Assembly: GCA_033345275.1 (NCBI GenBank)
Contig: JAWPOF010000007.1
Span: forward strand, 21,760-85,759
Direction of reading: 5' to 3'
DNA from: Alphaproteobacteria bacterium
GTDB taxonomy: Bacteria > Pseudomonadota > Alphaproteobacteria > Rs-D84
Length of the DNA: 64,000 nt
Below the pieces are notes generated by a model. It worked only from the letters and a program-made list of their open reading frames with translations. It was not told where the DNA came from and made no database searches. Made by a program: the position numbers and the translations under genes. The stretch's first letter is position 1. Every line of letters starts with the position of its first letter. Below are positions 51,298 through 61,107 of this stretch, piece by piece.

Positions 51298-53490
51298 ATG
51301 TTTGATTCTGGTACCGTTGTAAAAGTTTTAATATCCAATATTCCAAGCGCTGGCTATGATTATCGGCTGACGGCGCCTGCGGATATTGGAACATTTGTAT
51401 CAGTGCATGTTATGAACAGGCCATGCATAGGTGTCATTTGGGGAATTGGGGACAGTAATCTACCCCGGGAAAAAATACGCGATATATCAGCGGTGCATAA
51501 CGCGCGCCTGAACATCACAGATTTACAATGGATAAAACGTATGTCCGATTGGACTTTGATGGCCCCTGGTACGGTTTTACGTTTGATTGTAAATATTCCC
51601 GATGCATTTTCTGCCCCCCGTATGGAACCACTTTATTCATTCAATTTTGCATCTGAAGCTCGTGTAACTGAAAATCGTATGGCGGTTATGGATGCTTTTT
51701 CATCTAATGACAACGAACCAATGACGGTATCGGACATCCAGAATATCGCCCATGTGTCATCAGCGGTTGTGCGTACTATGATAAAGAATGGCACATTAAT
51801 CCCATCTGGTGCCCAGGATAAATTGCGCCAATTTATTCCAGATACCTATTGCGATTCGGGAAACATACGATTAAATGCCCAGCAACAATTGGCGGCAGAC
51901 ACAATTGCTGCTGCCATCAACCGGGGTGGCTTTTCGGTCCATTTGTTGGATGGTATCACAGGCAGCGGAAAAACCCAGGTCTATTTTGATTCTGCCTGGC
52001 GTGCCTATAAAAGTGGTAAATCGGTATTATTGATGATGCCAGAAATCGCCTTGACAGCCCAGTTTATGTCGCGTTTCGAAGCGCGATTTGGTGCACCGCC
52101 TGTTGTCTGGCACAGCAATTTAACTGCGGCTCGTCGCCGTGAAATTTGGCATGGTGTCCTGGATGGTCGGGTCAAGATGGTGGTCGGTACACGCAGTGCA
52201 TTGTTTCTGCCCTGGCAGGATTTGGGGCTGATTGTCATAGACGAAGAACATGACACATCGTATAAACAGGAAGATATGGGTAACTATCACGCCCGTGACA
52301 TGGCAATTTTACGTGCAAAAATTGCCGGGTTCTCAGTCGTTTTGGCCAGTGCCACCCCAGCAGCTGAAACATTAGAAAATGTGAACAATGGCAAATACAG
52401 CCGCTTGCAGTTAACATCACGATTTGGCGGCGCTCACTTGCCAACGATTACAACGATTGATTTGCGCCAGAATCGTCCTGCTTCATATACGGCAAATGCA
52501 GTCGAACAAACCGGATTTTTATCAGAACCATTATGCGCAGCGATATCAGAAACCTTGGCTGTCGGGCATCAGACAATGTTGTTTATAAATCGTCGCGGTT
52601 TTGCCCCTATTATTCAATGCAAAAAATGTGGATGGACGGCAACCTGTCCTGATTGCAGTGTTGGTATGACTTATCACAAACGCATCAGTAAATTACAGTG
52701 TCACATGTGTGGTCGTGTTTCGCCATTGAATGTACGTTGCCCAGATTGCGGAACTGATGTTTCTATGCGTGGTACAGGTATTGAAAAAATCCAGCAAGAG
52801 GTTAATGTTCGATTCCCGTCTGCCCGCACCGCATTGGTGTCCAGCGATATAATTACATCGCGTCAGGCACTAGAGCGTTTGGTGCGCAAAATGGAAAACG
52901 GTGAAATAGATATAGTTATAGGAACGCAAATCCTGGCCAAAGGTCACCACTTTCCAAACCTGACTCTGGTCGGGGTCGTTGATGCGGATATGGGATTGTT
53001 TGGCACGGATTTTCGTGCTGCCGAACATACTTTTCAACAGTTGTTCCAGGTTGCGGGGCGGGCAGGGCGGGGTGCTAACCCAGGCCGCGTTCTTATGCAA
53101 ACCTACCAGCCCGAGCATCCGGTTTTCGCGGCAATTTGTTCGGGGACTCGCGATGAATTTATGTCGACAGATATGGCAGGACGTCGTGCCGCGCAAATGC
53201 CCCCATATGGCCAGTTAATCGCCATTATTGTCGAGGCTGAACGAGAAAACGTTCTGCAAAAATACTGTGCAGATTTGGCTGCCGCAGCACCTGTGTTGAC
53301 GGGCGCAAAAATAATGGGGCCAATTGTTGCTCAGGTTTATCAAATACGCAACTGGTATCGCATGCGTTTTTTGGTCACAGGCGCTCAACATGCCGCCCTG
53401 CAACCGGCAGTATCCCATTGGTTAGCCAAGATAAAACAACCTGCCAACGTTCGTGTTAAAATTGATGTAAATCCGATAAATTTCATGTAA
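51298..53490 (+). CDS. priA: Primosomal protein N' (replication restart helicase PriA)
   Basis: Walker A GITGSGKTQVY, DEAH-like VIDEEHD, two Cys4 zinc-binding motifs (CKKCGWTATCPDC, CHMCG...CPDCG), helicase motif VI QVAGRAGRG. Confidence 0.93.
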   Translation: MFDSGTVVKVLISNIPSAGYDYRLTAPADIGTFVSVHVMNRPCIGVIWGIGDSNLPREKIRDISAVHNARLNITDLQWIKRMSDWTLMAPGTVLRLIVNIPDAFSAPRMEPLYSFNFASEARVTENRMAVMDAFSSNDNEPMTVSDIQNIAHVSSAVVRTMIKNGTLIPSGAQDKLRQFIPDTYCDSGNIRLNAQQQLAADTIAAAINRGGFSVHLLDGITGSGKTQVYFDSAWRAYKSGKSVLLMMPEIALTAQFMSRFEARFGAPPVVWHSNLTAARRREIWHGVLDGRVKMVVGTRSALFLPWQDLGLIVIDEEHDTSYKQEDMGNYHARDMAILRAKIAGFSVVLASATPAAETLENVNNGKYSRLQLTSRFGGAHLPTITTIDLRQNRPASYTANAVEQTGFLSEPLCAAISETLAVGHQTMLFINRRGFAPIIQCKKCGWTATCPDCSVGMTYHKRISKLQCHMCGRVSPLNVRCPDCGTDVSMRGTGIEKIQQEVNVRFPSARTALVSSDIITSRQALERLVRKMENGEIDIVIGTQILAKGHHFPNLTLVGVVDADMGLFGTDFRAAEHTFQQLFQVAGRAGRGANPGRVLMQTYQPEHPVFAAICSGTRDEFMSTDMAGRRAAQMPPYGQLIAIIVEAERENVLQKYCADLAAAAPVLTGAKIMGPIVAQVYQIRNWYRMRFLVTGAQHAALQPAVSHWLAKIKQPANVRVKIDVNPINFM

Positions 53491-53498
53491 AAATCACA

Positions 53499-53537
53499 AC
53501 AAAAAATAACCCCCGCAGATATGGCGGGGCGGTTATT
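53499..53537 (-). terminator. Terminator after rpoD (stem ataacccccgcagatatggcggggcggttat, T-run on the minus strand)
   Basis: Hairpin overlapping the rpoD stop codon. A8 run on the plus strand equals a T-run on the coding strand. Confidence 0.6.
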
Positions 53538-55626
53538 AGTCTTCCAAGAAGCTGCGTAATTTGCGTGCACGCGTTGGATGTTTTAACTTATTCAATGCCT
53601 TTTGCTCAATCTGACGGATACGTTCGCGTGTCACCCCGATATATTCGCCAACTTCTTCCAGGGTACTAGTCTTATTGGTGGACATGCCAAAACGTTGACG
53701 CAAAACGGTTTCTTCTTTTGGATCCAGTTCGGACAGAATGCGGGTAACAATTTCACGCAGATTCTTTTGTGCTGCTGATGTGAACGGATTTTTCGCAGTT
53801 TCGTCCGCGATAATTTCGATACGAGAACTATCATCTTCTGTTCCAACGGGCGCTTCTAATGAAATAGGCTTTAAATTCACCTTCATGGCTTTGTGAATCT
53901 TGTCCACAGGCAAATAGATAATTCTGGACAATTCTTCGGCAGTTGGCTGACGACCGTATTTATGCATAAATTGACGTGTTGCACGCTGAATCTTGTGAAT
54001 ATTGTCAATCATATGTACAGGAATACGAATTGTTCGCGCCTGATCGGCAATACTGCGCGAAATACCCTGTTGAATCCAATTTGTTGCATATGTAGAAAAT
54101 TTATTTCCCAAACGATAGTCAAATTTATCAACAGCCTTCATCAAACCGATATTGCCATCCTGAACCAAGTCCGAGAAATCCAACCCCAATCCGCGATTAC
54201 TGGATTTTTTTGCAAATTTAATAACCAGACGCAAATTAGCCTCGATCATTTCGCGTTTTGCACGTGCGGCTTCGGTCTGACCACGACGCACCAATTCAAC
54301 AACTTTTTTATATTCCGATGTGGGTTGCCCTGTTTCATTGGCGATTGCGGTAATATCCGCCTGGATTTTCAGAATATCTGCTTCGTGTTTTTTTGCGAAA
54401 CTTGCCCAAACTGGATTTTTATGTTTTAATAATCGTTTAACCCAATTACGGTTTAATTCATTTCCTGCATATTCAACCAAGAAATCTTCGCGTTTAATTT
54501 TGTTTGCCAATGCCAGACGCAACAATTTCCCTTCAAGTCCCATCAACAACTGGTCGCGTTTGGTTAATTGTTCCAAAATTTCCGCAATTCTGTCGTCATT
54601 CAGACGGATTTTGCTGACGTGTTCAAACAGCTCCAAGCGCAGTTTCGTGTACTTTTTTTCCAAAGCAGCATCGGGCGTGTCAGACGACAGCAGATTTTCC
54701 AGACGTTTGACTTGTAATTTTTGCATACTGTTAAATATGCGTTTGATTTTTGTGAATAAATCTAAGACTGTCGGCATCAAGGCTTCTTCCATAACAGGAA
54801 TTGGAACGCCGGATGTACTGCGTGGTGTGTCTTCTTTTTTTATTCCGTCTTCTTCATCCTCGTCGTTTAATTCATCTTCTTCCTCGGCACTGACCGAAGC
54901 GCTGGCCAAATCATCCAGTTCGTCATCATCCAGTTCGTCGACATGCTCGACACCCTTGGATTTCAAAGCCTCGGACAGCGCAGCCAATGATTTTTGTTCA
55001 GAATCACTGGAATACATAACCTCCAAATTTATGATATAGCGCAGACGAATATCTTCGTTTAATAATTGCTGATACCAATCCAGCATGGCTTGAATCGTCA
55101 TTGGGCTTTCGCACAGGCCATACACCATCAGACGCGATGCCGCCTCGATACGTTGTGCGATTGCGACTTCGCCTGCGGCAGTTAACAGCTGCACCGTTCC
55201 AATTTGCTTCAAATAAGATTGAACAGAATCCTGAACGCCAAGAACCAGCGAGCCAGTTTGGCTGCGTTCCAACTGTTTCGCATAATGTTCATAGTTGTCA
55301 TCATTAACATCAACTTGCTCTGCATCCGCATTCAGCAAATTGCGGGTTTTGTCGCGGGGTGCGTCATCCTCGTCTGTGCCGTAATATCGGCTCAGGTCTT
55401 GGGGATAGTTATCGGATTCCAATATCTCCAGTCCTAAATCTTGCTGAAAGAAATCCAGAACTTCATCATGTTCTTCTGTTGGGATTTCGTCCGCTTCGGT
55501 TGCGGACGCAAAATCCATACGCGACATATAGCCATTTTCAATTGCGTTATATGCCAATTTTTGCAGGTTTTCCGGCAAAGAATCAACCAATAAACGCGTT
55601 GCTTCGTCCAGTTTTTTTACCATCAA
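53536..55626 (-). CDS. rpoD: RNA polymerase sigma factor RpoD (sigma-70)
   Basis: Region 2/3/4 signatures ([43 protein letters not shown]). Acidic region 1.1 plus a non-conserved insertion. 696 aa. Confidence 0.95.
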   Translation of the reverse strand: MMVKKLDEATRLLVDSLPENLQKLAYNAIENGYMSRMDFASATEADEIPTEEHDEVLDFFQQDLGLEILESDNYPQDLSRYYGTDEDDAPRDKTRNLLNADAEQVDVNDDNYEHYAKQLERSQTGSLVLGVQDSVQSYLKQIGTVQLLTAAGEVAIAQRIEAASRLMVYGLCESPMTIQAMLDWYQQLLNEDIRLRYIINLEVMYSSDSEQKSLAALSEALKSKGVEHVDELDDDELDDLASASVSAEEEDELNDEDEEDGIKKEDTPRSTSGVPIPVMEEALMPTVLDLFTKIKRIFNSMQKLQVKRLENLLSSDTPDAALEKKYTKLRLELFEHVSKIRLNDDRIAEILEQLTKRDQLLMGLEGKLLRLALANKIKREDFLVEYAGNELNRNWVKRLLKHKNPVWASFAKKHEADILKIQADITAIANETGQPTSEYKKVVELVRRGQTEAARAKREMIEANLRLVIKFAKKSSNRGLGLDFSDLVQDGNIGLMKAVDKFDYRLGNKFSTYATNWIQQGISRSIADQARTIRIPVHMIDNIHKIQRATRQFMHKYGRQPTAEELSRIIYLPVDKIHKAMKVNLKPISLEAPVGTEDDSSRIEIIADETAKNPFTSAAQKNLREIVTRILSELDPKEETVLRQRFGMSTNKTSTLEEVGEYIGVTRERIRQIEQKALNKLKHPTRARKLRSFLED

Positions 55627-55687
55627 TTACCCCGTCACAGTTGTTAAAGTTTTTCTGAAAAACACCCGTCAAAACAGATTATTTTTA

Positions 55688-56242
55688 TTAGTTATTTCTG
55701 TTTTTTTTCTTAGGCGCGCCTGCATGTTTTTGCGCCTTGGCAACAGCATCATGAATTGCTGATTCTGACACCAAACCCAAAACGATTGGATTTTGAATCT
55801 GTATAACAGAATAAGATGCATGCGTCTTATTGCGGACGGACGCAACAGTTGGGTTTGTGCTGCGCATCAGGCGCGCCACCTGGCCGTCAGACAATTCCGG
55901 ATAGTTTTTCAAAATCCACAAAATACCGCCCAAGCGATTTTGACGATGCAATTTTGGTGTATAACCAACGCCGCGTTTGTTTTGTTTTTGTTGGGCGTCA
56001 ACAATTTCTTTGCGTAATGTCAGACGTGCAGATGTGTCTGTTTCGCAAATTTCAATGTCCTCACGTGTTAACTGGCCGCTTAAAATTGGGTTTAATGGCT
56101 GAATTTTATATGTTTCAGCGTCTGCGATATTTTTGACTTCCAATTCATGCAGACCGCAGAATTCCGCAATTTGTTCAAATGTCAATGCTGTGTTTTCAAT
56201 TAACCACAGGGCTGTTGATTTTGGCATATATGGATAGTTCAT
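55688..56242 (-). CDS. DUF1013-family protein (alphaproteobacteria-restricted)
   Basis: MPKSTALWLIENTALTFEQIAEFCGLHELEV N-terminal block recalled as DUF1013. 184 aa. Confidence 0.55.
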   Translation of the reverse strand: MNYPYMPKSTALWLIENTALTFEQIAEFCGLHELEVKNIADAETYKIQPLNPILSGQLTREDIEICETDTSARLTLRKEIVDAQQKQNKRGVGYTPKLHRQNRLGGILWILKNYPELSDGQVARLMRSTNPTVASVRNKTHASYSVIQIQNPIVLGLVSESAIHDAVAKAQKHAGAPKKKNRNN

Positions 56243-56333
56243 GGAAATTTCCTCTATTGTTAACGTGGGGCAATATACACTAATATTGCCCCAATTTCAA
56301 CCGATTTTTATTATTTTTTATGTTTTTAGTAAT

Positions 56334-57758
56334 TTATGCCTTTTTGACAATTTTATACCCGTCTTTGCTGTCAATGACCGACCAGCCGGCATTTTCGATT
56401 TCCGCGCGCAGTGCATCCGCCACAGTCCAGTCTTTATTGGTCTTGGCCACCGCGCGTTTTTCCGCCAATTCGACTATTTCCGCCGGCGCACTTTCATTTT
56501 CCAGCGCACGCAACTTTTGCGCGCGGTCAATGAATTGCAGTCCCAACAAATCGTCTGCAAAACGCACCAATGCCAATTTCGTCGCATCGTCAATATCGGC
56601 GGATTTAATAAAGTCCTGGACCAAGACCAATACAGACGCCGTTTTCAGGTTATCAGACATGGCTGCCAACATATCGTCGTGCCATTTGGTATAAACACCT
56701 TGGTTAACCGGCGCGCCGTCAGACGCCAACAAATCCGCCACGCGACGTGTCAGGTTCGCATAACTTTTTGCCGTTGCGTCCATAGTTTCCCATGAAAACG
56801 CCAATTGCGACTGATAATGCCCCATTGCAACAAAATAGCGATATACCATCGGATCATAGCCACGATTGCGGACGGCATCCATCCCCAGGAATTCGCCCTT
56901 GGACTTGGCCATTTTTTCGCCGGATTTATCCAACAAGAAACTGTAATGCAGCCAAGTGTTCACCCATGGCGCGCCGGTTATCGGTTCGCTTTGCGCGATT
57001 TCGTTTGCGTGGTGTACACGCGACAGGTCTTCGCCACCAGTGTGTATATCAAAGTGATTGCCCAGTAATTTCATACTCATCGCGCTGCATTCTGCGTGCC
57101 AGCCGGGGAATCCGACACCCCATGGGCTGTCCCATTCCATTTGCCGCTTTGTGTCGGTCGGCGAATATTTCCACAATGCAAAGTCCGACGGGTTGCGTTT
57201 AGCATCGTTAAAGCCAACGCGCGCCCCCGCACGATTACCAGACAGTGACCCGCCCGTTAATGCGCCATATGCGGCAAATTTGGATGTATCATAATAAATA
57301 CCGTCGCCCGGGATTTCATAGGTATAGCCCAGGTCTTGTAATTTCTGCACCAGTTCGATTTGTTCGTCAATATAATCTGTTGCATGTGGCATAATCGTTG
57401 GCGCAATCATGTTCAGGTCATTAAAGTCGCGCATAAATTCGCCCTTGTAGAATCTAGCAATATCCCAGACCGATTTGTTGTCGCGGGCGGCACCTTTTTC
57501 CATTTTGTCTTCGCCAGAATCATCTTCGTCGTTGGTCAGGTGGCCCACATCTGTGATATTCATAACATGGCGCACATCAAAGCCGTTTGCCTGAAACATG
57601 CGTTTCAAAAAATCATTGTGTAAAAATGTACGCAGGTTCCCCAGGTGCGTATAGTGATAAACCGTTGGGCCGCATGAATAAAAACTAACTTTGCCTGGTT
57701 CCAGTGGGTGAAAGTCTTCCAGTTTGCGGGTTAATGTATTATATAGTCTGATCGTCAT
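56334..57758 (-). CDS. cysS: Cysteine--tRNA ligase
   Basis: Class I aaRS: CGPTVYHYTHLGN (HIGH region), KMAKSKG (KMSKS), Zn ligand cysteines. 474 aa. Confidence 0.93.
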   Translation of the reverse strand: MTIRLYNTLTRKLEDFHPLEPGKVSFYSCGPTVYHYTHLGNLRTFLHNDFLKRMFQANGFDVRHVMNITDVGHLTNDEDDSGEDKMEKGAARDNKSVWDIARFYKGEFMRDFNDLNMIAPTIMPHATDYIDEQIELVQKLQDLGYTYEIPGDGIYYDTSKFAAYGALTGGSLSGNRAGARVGFNDAKRNPSDFALWKYSPTDTKRQMEWDSPWGVGFPGWHAECSAMSMKLLGNHFDIHTGGEDLSRVHHANEIAQSEPITGAPWVNTWLHYSFLLDKSGEKMAKSKGEFLGMDAVRNRGYDPMVYRYFVAMGHYQSQLAFSWETMDATAKSYANLTRRVADLLASDGAPVNQGVYTKWHDDMLAAMSDNLKTASVLVLVQDFIKSADIDDATKLALVRFADDLLGLQFIDRAQKLRALENESAPAEIVELAEKRAVAKTNKDWTVADALRAEIENAGWSVIDSKDGYKIVKKA

Positions 57759-57921
57759 TGTATACGTCCTTTCGGTTTATTAATATTGGGATTTTAGTAA
57801 GTGTGTGTTTGAAATGCAAACGAATTAAGTTTGCGAAAGTGTATTATTAGCGACAACAGTAAAAATTAATAAAACGAATTGTCATACCCCTATTATGGCA
57901 CGATTGCCCCGCGTAAGTCAA

Positions 57922-57953
57922 GACACAAAAATTAAACCCGACAAAAGTCGGGT
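57922..57953 (-). terminator. Terminator downstream of tRNA-Ser(GCU) on the minus strand
   Basis: Plus-strand aaaaattaaacccgacaaaagtcgggtt; read on the minus strand this is a hairpin followed by a T-run. Confidence 0.65.
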
Positions 57954-57961
57954 TGAATTTA

Positions 57962-58049
57962 TGGCGGAGCGTATAGGACTCGAACCTATGGACCGAAAAA
58001 CCCGGTCACAGATTAGCAATCTGCTGCATTACCACTCTGCCAACGCTCC
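57962..58049 (-). tRNA. tRNA-Ser (anticodon GCU), type II with long variable arm
   Basis: Reverse complement is GGAGCGTTGGCAGAGTGGTAATGCAGCAGATTGCTAATCTGTGACCGGGTTTTTCGGTCCATAGGTTCGAGTCCTATACGCTCCGCCA. Anticodon loop TTGCTAA, 7-bp acceptor, encoded CCA. Confidence 0.92.
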
Positions 58050-58195
58050 GTGCAGGGAGTATTATATAGAAACACAAAAACAAATGCAAGTGGGAAAATG
58101 TTCCCACGATAAATAAAAGTTTATTTAATTAGCAAGTGGTTAGTGGTGTAGCTATAATGTGCGACAAATGTTGCACACAAACACTCTGCGCCAAC

Positions 58196-58230
58196 CACAA
58201 AAAACCCGCCATTCGGCGGGATTTTTATTG
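58196..58230. terminator. Bidirectional terminator (aaaaaacccgccattcggcgggattttt) 3' of the ferredoxin gene
   Basis: Hairpin flanked by A6 and T5. Confidence 0.75.
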
Positions 58231-58407
58231 CATATCTGGTGCGATTGCACCAACCGGACAAATTGCGGCGCATGTGCCACATGAAATACATTTACTGGGG
58301 TCAATTACACACTTGCCATCTGCGCCTGTTGAAATTGCGGCAACCGGACAAACACCCATACAGGTGTGGCAACCGATACATTTACTTGGGTCAATTTTAT
58401 AAGCCAT
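58225..58407 (-). CDS. 2[4Fe-4S] ferredoxin (60 aa)
   Basis: Two CxxCxxCxxxCP motifs (CIGCHTCMGVCP and CISCGTCAAICP). Confidence 0.9.
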   Translation of the reverse strand: MAYKIDPSKCIGCHTCMGVCPVAAISTGADGKCVIDPSKCISCGTCAAICPVGAIAPDMQ

Positions 58408-58435
58408 TTTATTTTCTCCTTGTTTGACTTACAGT

Positions 58436-59167
58436 TTATTCACGGTTAAACAAACTTAACAAATACTGGAACATTGCAATAAATGAAATATACAGATGTA
58501 ATGCCCCCAAAACAGCCAGTTGATTTTTCTGATGCTCGTCACCGATAACGGCATAAGCGCGTTTCAGGTTTTGCATATCATATGCAGTAAACAGTGCAAA
58601 CACCAACACCCCAATAAAGCATACTATTGTGCCGAATGTGCCACCCATCATTCCCGGCCAAATAAATGACAGTAATCCAACCAGAATCAGGCCAATCATG
58701 CCCATCATCAAGAAAATCCCCAAGAAAGACAAATCTTTGACGGTCTTATACCCAAACAAGGCCATGCAAGCAAACATCAATGCGGCAACAATAAATGCCA
58801 TCAGTATAGATGCAGGATTTACTGCCAGTGCGCTTGCAATCAAAGGGGTCATCGTCACGCCAATCAATACAGCGTACAGCACAAGCAACAGCGCCGCCGA
58901 CGCGGGTTTCATATTAAATACGCGCACCTGAGCCCAAATAGACAGCGCCAGCCCGCCAAACAGTAAAATATAGTACAAAGCCGACATGCCGCCTGTGTGG
59001 AAATTAATCAGATATTGCAATCCGCCACCCCAAATGGTCAGGTATGCAGCGACCGCAGTTATCCCAACCGCCCCGAACATTAATGCGAAAATGCGCTTTA
59101 AGTATAAATCAATACCACCATTATTTTGTGGGTTTATATTATGAATTTGTGCTTTTTGTCTCAACAT
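58436..59167 (-). CDS. Bax-inhibitor-1 / YccA-family membrane protein
   Basis: 243 aa, seven TM helices, charged C-terminal tail (YISFIAMFQYLLSLFNRE). Family-typical size and topology. Confidence 0.7.
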   Translation of the reverse strand: MLRQKAQIHNINPQNNGGIDLYLKRIFALMFGAVGITAVAAYLTIWGGGLQYLINFHTGGMSALYYILLFGGLALSIWAQVRVFNMKPASAALLLVLYAVLIGVTMTPLIASALAVNPASILMAFIVAALMFACMALFGYKTVKDLSFLGIFLMMGMIGLILVGLLSFIWPGMMGGTFGTIVCFIGVLVFALFTAYDMQNLKRAYAVIGDEHQKNQLAVLGALHLYISFIAMFQYLLSLFNRE

Positions 59168-59243
59168 CTGTTGTTTCTCCTTGCTATTCGAAAATATATA
59201 TAATACAATGCTCCAGCAAATTCAAGAATAAAAGGATTAAAAA

Positions 59244-59600
59244 ATGAATTCACCAAGAATGAAGTTGATTGCAGCGAATAAAAATTGGCTTGGTATGGAA
59301 AGGGCGGCAGAGGTAGCTATATTGTCCGCACACTATCGCAGAAAACAAACTTTGGAAGAAATTGAAGAAAAATACCACAAAATCGGCAAAGAAATCGAAG
59401 AGGAAATGCTCAGCAAATATCCAAGCGTTGAAACAATCAAGGCAAAAACATCAAAACGTGAAGAGCTCAAAGAAATGCTGGCTCGTTATGGTATCAAGGT
59501 CAAAAGTAAAATGAGCACAGCCATCGTATCAAGATACGAAGCAGCTCGCCAAGCAAGTCTTGACGCGATTCAAAAAAATCAATCACAAAATGTAAAATAG
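59244..59600 (+). CDS. Hypothetical protein (118 aa, Lys/Glu-rich helical)
   Basis: ORF only. Confidence 0.3.
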   Translation: MNSPRMKLIAANKNWLGMERAAEVAILSAHYRRKQTLEEIEEKYHKIGKEIEEEMLSKYPSVETIKAKTSKREELKEMLARYGIKVKSKMSTAIVSRYEAARQASLDAIQKNQSQNVK

Positions 59601-59607
59601 TTTTCCA

Positions 59608-60405
59608 GTGGCAATTACAATTAATACGATTTCGCCAGTTGCATTTTCCATATTGGGCATAGATATTCGTTGGTATGCGCTGGCTTATATCGTTGCATTT
59701 GTGATTGGTTATTGGCTGTTTTGCCGTTTAATGCGTCGCTCTGGCGGCGCATTATCATTGAATAAAAAGCAAATGGACGATTTGCTGACCGCGATTATAC
59801 TTGGGGTTATCATAGGCGGCCGTTTGGGGTATGTTTTATTCTATGACCTGGGGTATTTTCTGGCGCATCCGCTGGAAATTTTTGCGCTGTGGCATGGTGG
59901 CATGAGTTTTCATGGTGGGTTGCTGGGGGTAATTTTCGCGACATTTTTGTTTGCGCACCGTAAAAAGATAAACGCATGGAGTGTCCTGGATTTATTGGCG
60001 GTTGTTGCGCCAATTGGGTTGTTCTTTGGCCGTATCGCAAATTTCATTAACCGCGAGGTTATGGGGCGCCCAACCGATGTTTCGTGGGCGGTGGTTTTTA
60101 ATGGCGATACCCCAATACCGCGTCATCCCAGCCCATTGTACGAGGCGGCCACCGAGGGCATTTTGCTGTTTATCATAATGTATTGCCTGTATCGTTACAC
60201 AAATCTGCGCAAATACCCTGGTGCATTGGGGGGGATTATGGGCATGGGATACGCGCTGTTCCGCATGTTTTGCGAATTGTTCCGCGCCCCCGACGCCCAG
60301 ATTGGTTTTCTGACATCTTGGGGATTGACGATGGGGCAGTTGTTATCTTTGATAATGTTTTTTGCTGGGCTGGCGATTTTTATATTTGCAATACGAAAAA
60401 AATAA
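59608..60405 (+). CDS. lgt: Prolipoprotein diacylglyceryl transferase
   Basis: Lgt signature FGRIANFINREVMGRPT (G-x-GR-x-x-NF-x-N-x-E) and GGRLGYVLFY. 265 aa. Confidence 0.92.
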   Translation: MAITINTISPVAFSILGIDIRWYALAYIVAFVIGYWLFCRLMRRSGGALSLNKKQMDDLLTAIILGVIIGGRLGYVLFYDLGYFLAHPLEIFALWHGGMSFHGGLLGVIFATFLFAHRKKINAWSVLDLLAVVAPIGLFFGRIANFINREVMGRPTDVSWAVVFNGDTPIPRHPSPLYEAATEGILLFIIMYCLYRYTNLRKYPGALGGIMGMGYALFRMFCELFRAPDAQIGFLTSWGLTMGQLLSLIMFFAGLAIFIFAIRKK

Positions 60406-60508
60406 TGTACAATATGCGCCGTTGACCAAAACCAAGAAAGTCTGGTTTGCGAACACTACGAAGCGTCAGCGAAGTGCGGTGCGAGTATGATAAAATCATA
60501 CGCAGCAC

Positions 60509-60580
60509 CAAAACCGCAGGTTGAAAGACCGCGGGGAAAAGTTTAGGATGGTTGGCAGACGGGGCGTTGCGGCGGTCTTG
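60509..60580 (+). repeat. Pseudo-tRNA: tandem partial duplicate of the tRNA-Ser(UGA) upstream region plus its 5' half (through anticodon position 35)
   Basis: aaaaccgcaggttgaaagaccgcggggaaaagtttaGGATGGTTGGCAGACGGGGCGTTGCGGCGGTCTTG is ~90% identical to 60660-60732. Identity ends exactly inside the anticodon loop (CTTG|). Repeat period 151 nt. Confidence 0.8.
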
Positions 60581-60697
60581 CATACGAGTAAGCAAGACAA
60601 GCAAAGCGCGGTCGAGCGCTAACGAGTGGTGAGCAGTACCGTCAGGTACGGTCAGCGAACAAAACCGCAGGTTGAAAGACCGCGGGGAAAAAGTTTA

Positions 60698-60787
60698 GGA
60701 TGGTTGGCAGAGCGGTCGAATGCGGCGGTCTTGAAAACCGTTGTGGGGGCAACCCCACCGGGGGTTCGAATCCCTCACCATCCGCCA
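60698..60787 (+). tRNA. tRNA-Ser (anticodon UGA), type II
   Basis: GGATGGTTGGCAGAGCGGTCGAATGCGGCGGTCTTGAAAACCGTTGTGGGGGCAACCCCACCGGGGGTTCGAATCCCTCACCATCCGCCA. Anticodon loop CTTGAAA, long variable arm, encoded CCA. Confidence 0.9.
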
Positions 60788-60798
60788 TAAAAATCAGA

Positions 60799-60832
60799 CA
60801 TCCCGGGTCAATCCCCCGGGATGTTCTTTTTC
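60799..60832 (+). terminator. Rho-independent terminator after tRNA-Ser(UGA) (catcccgggtcaatcccccgggatg + T-run)
   Basis: 9-bp stem, ttctttttct tail. Confidence 0.75.
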
Positions 60833-61011
60833 TCCCCGTTTCAGGCAGTTTTTACCCGCGATATTACCAGTGTATATCACTCCATATGCCCAATTCACCC
60901 AAATCTTCACCTTTTATATACTTCGCCTATTTTAGGGATGTCACTGTTTTACAATTGTTCAGCAGAAGCGATTGCAAACAAATCACTAATATTTTTTGTT
61001 TGTTTGCCAGA

Positions 61012-61038
61012 TAAAATCTTATTGGCTATAAGATTTTA
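61012..61038. promoter_or_regulatory. Perfect 11-bp inverted repeat TAAAATCTTAT-(5 nt)-ATAAGATTTTA, candidate operator
   Basis: Seen directly, ~70 bp upstream of the GT2 fragment in an AT-rich intergenic region. Confidence 0.35.
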
Positions 61039-61107
61039 CATTTATAACCAATAGAGGCAAAATTTTACCAAGGACAAAGAATCAAATACGTATTAAATAT
61101 AAAAAAA

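Noticed and set aside
56243-56333. Intrinsic terminator between DUF1013 gene and cysS (ggggcaatatacactaatattgcccc)
   Set aside because: A good hairpin is present, but no T-run follows on the strand where a transcript would end, so it is not reported as a terminator.
60540-60700. Group I intron or split tRNA-Ser gene (break falls in the anticodon loop)
   Set aside because: The sequence after the break does not continue into a tRNA 3' half. Instead the upstream block is repeated, so this is a tandem partial duplication, not an intron.
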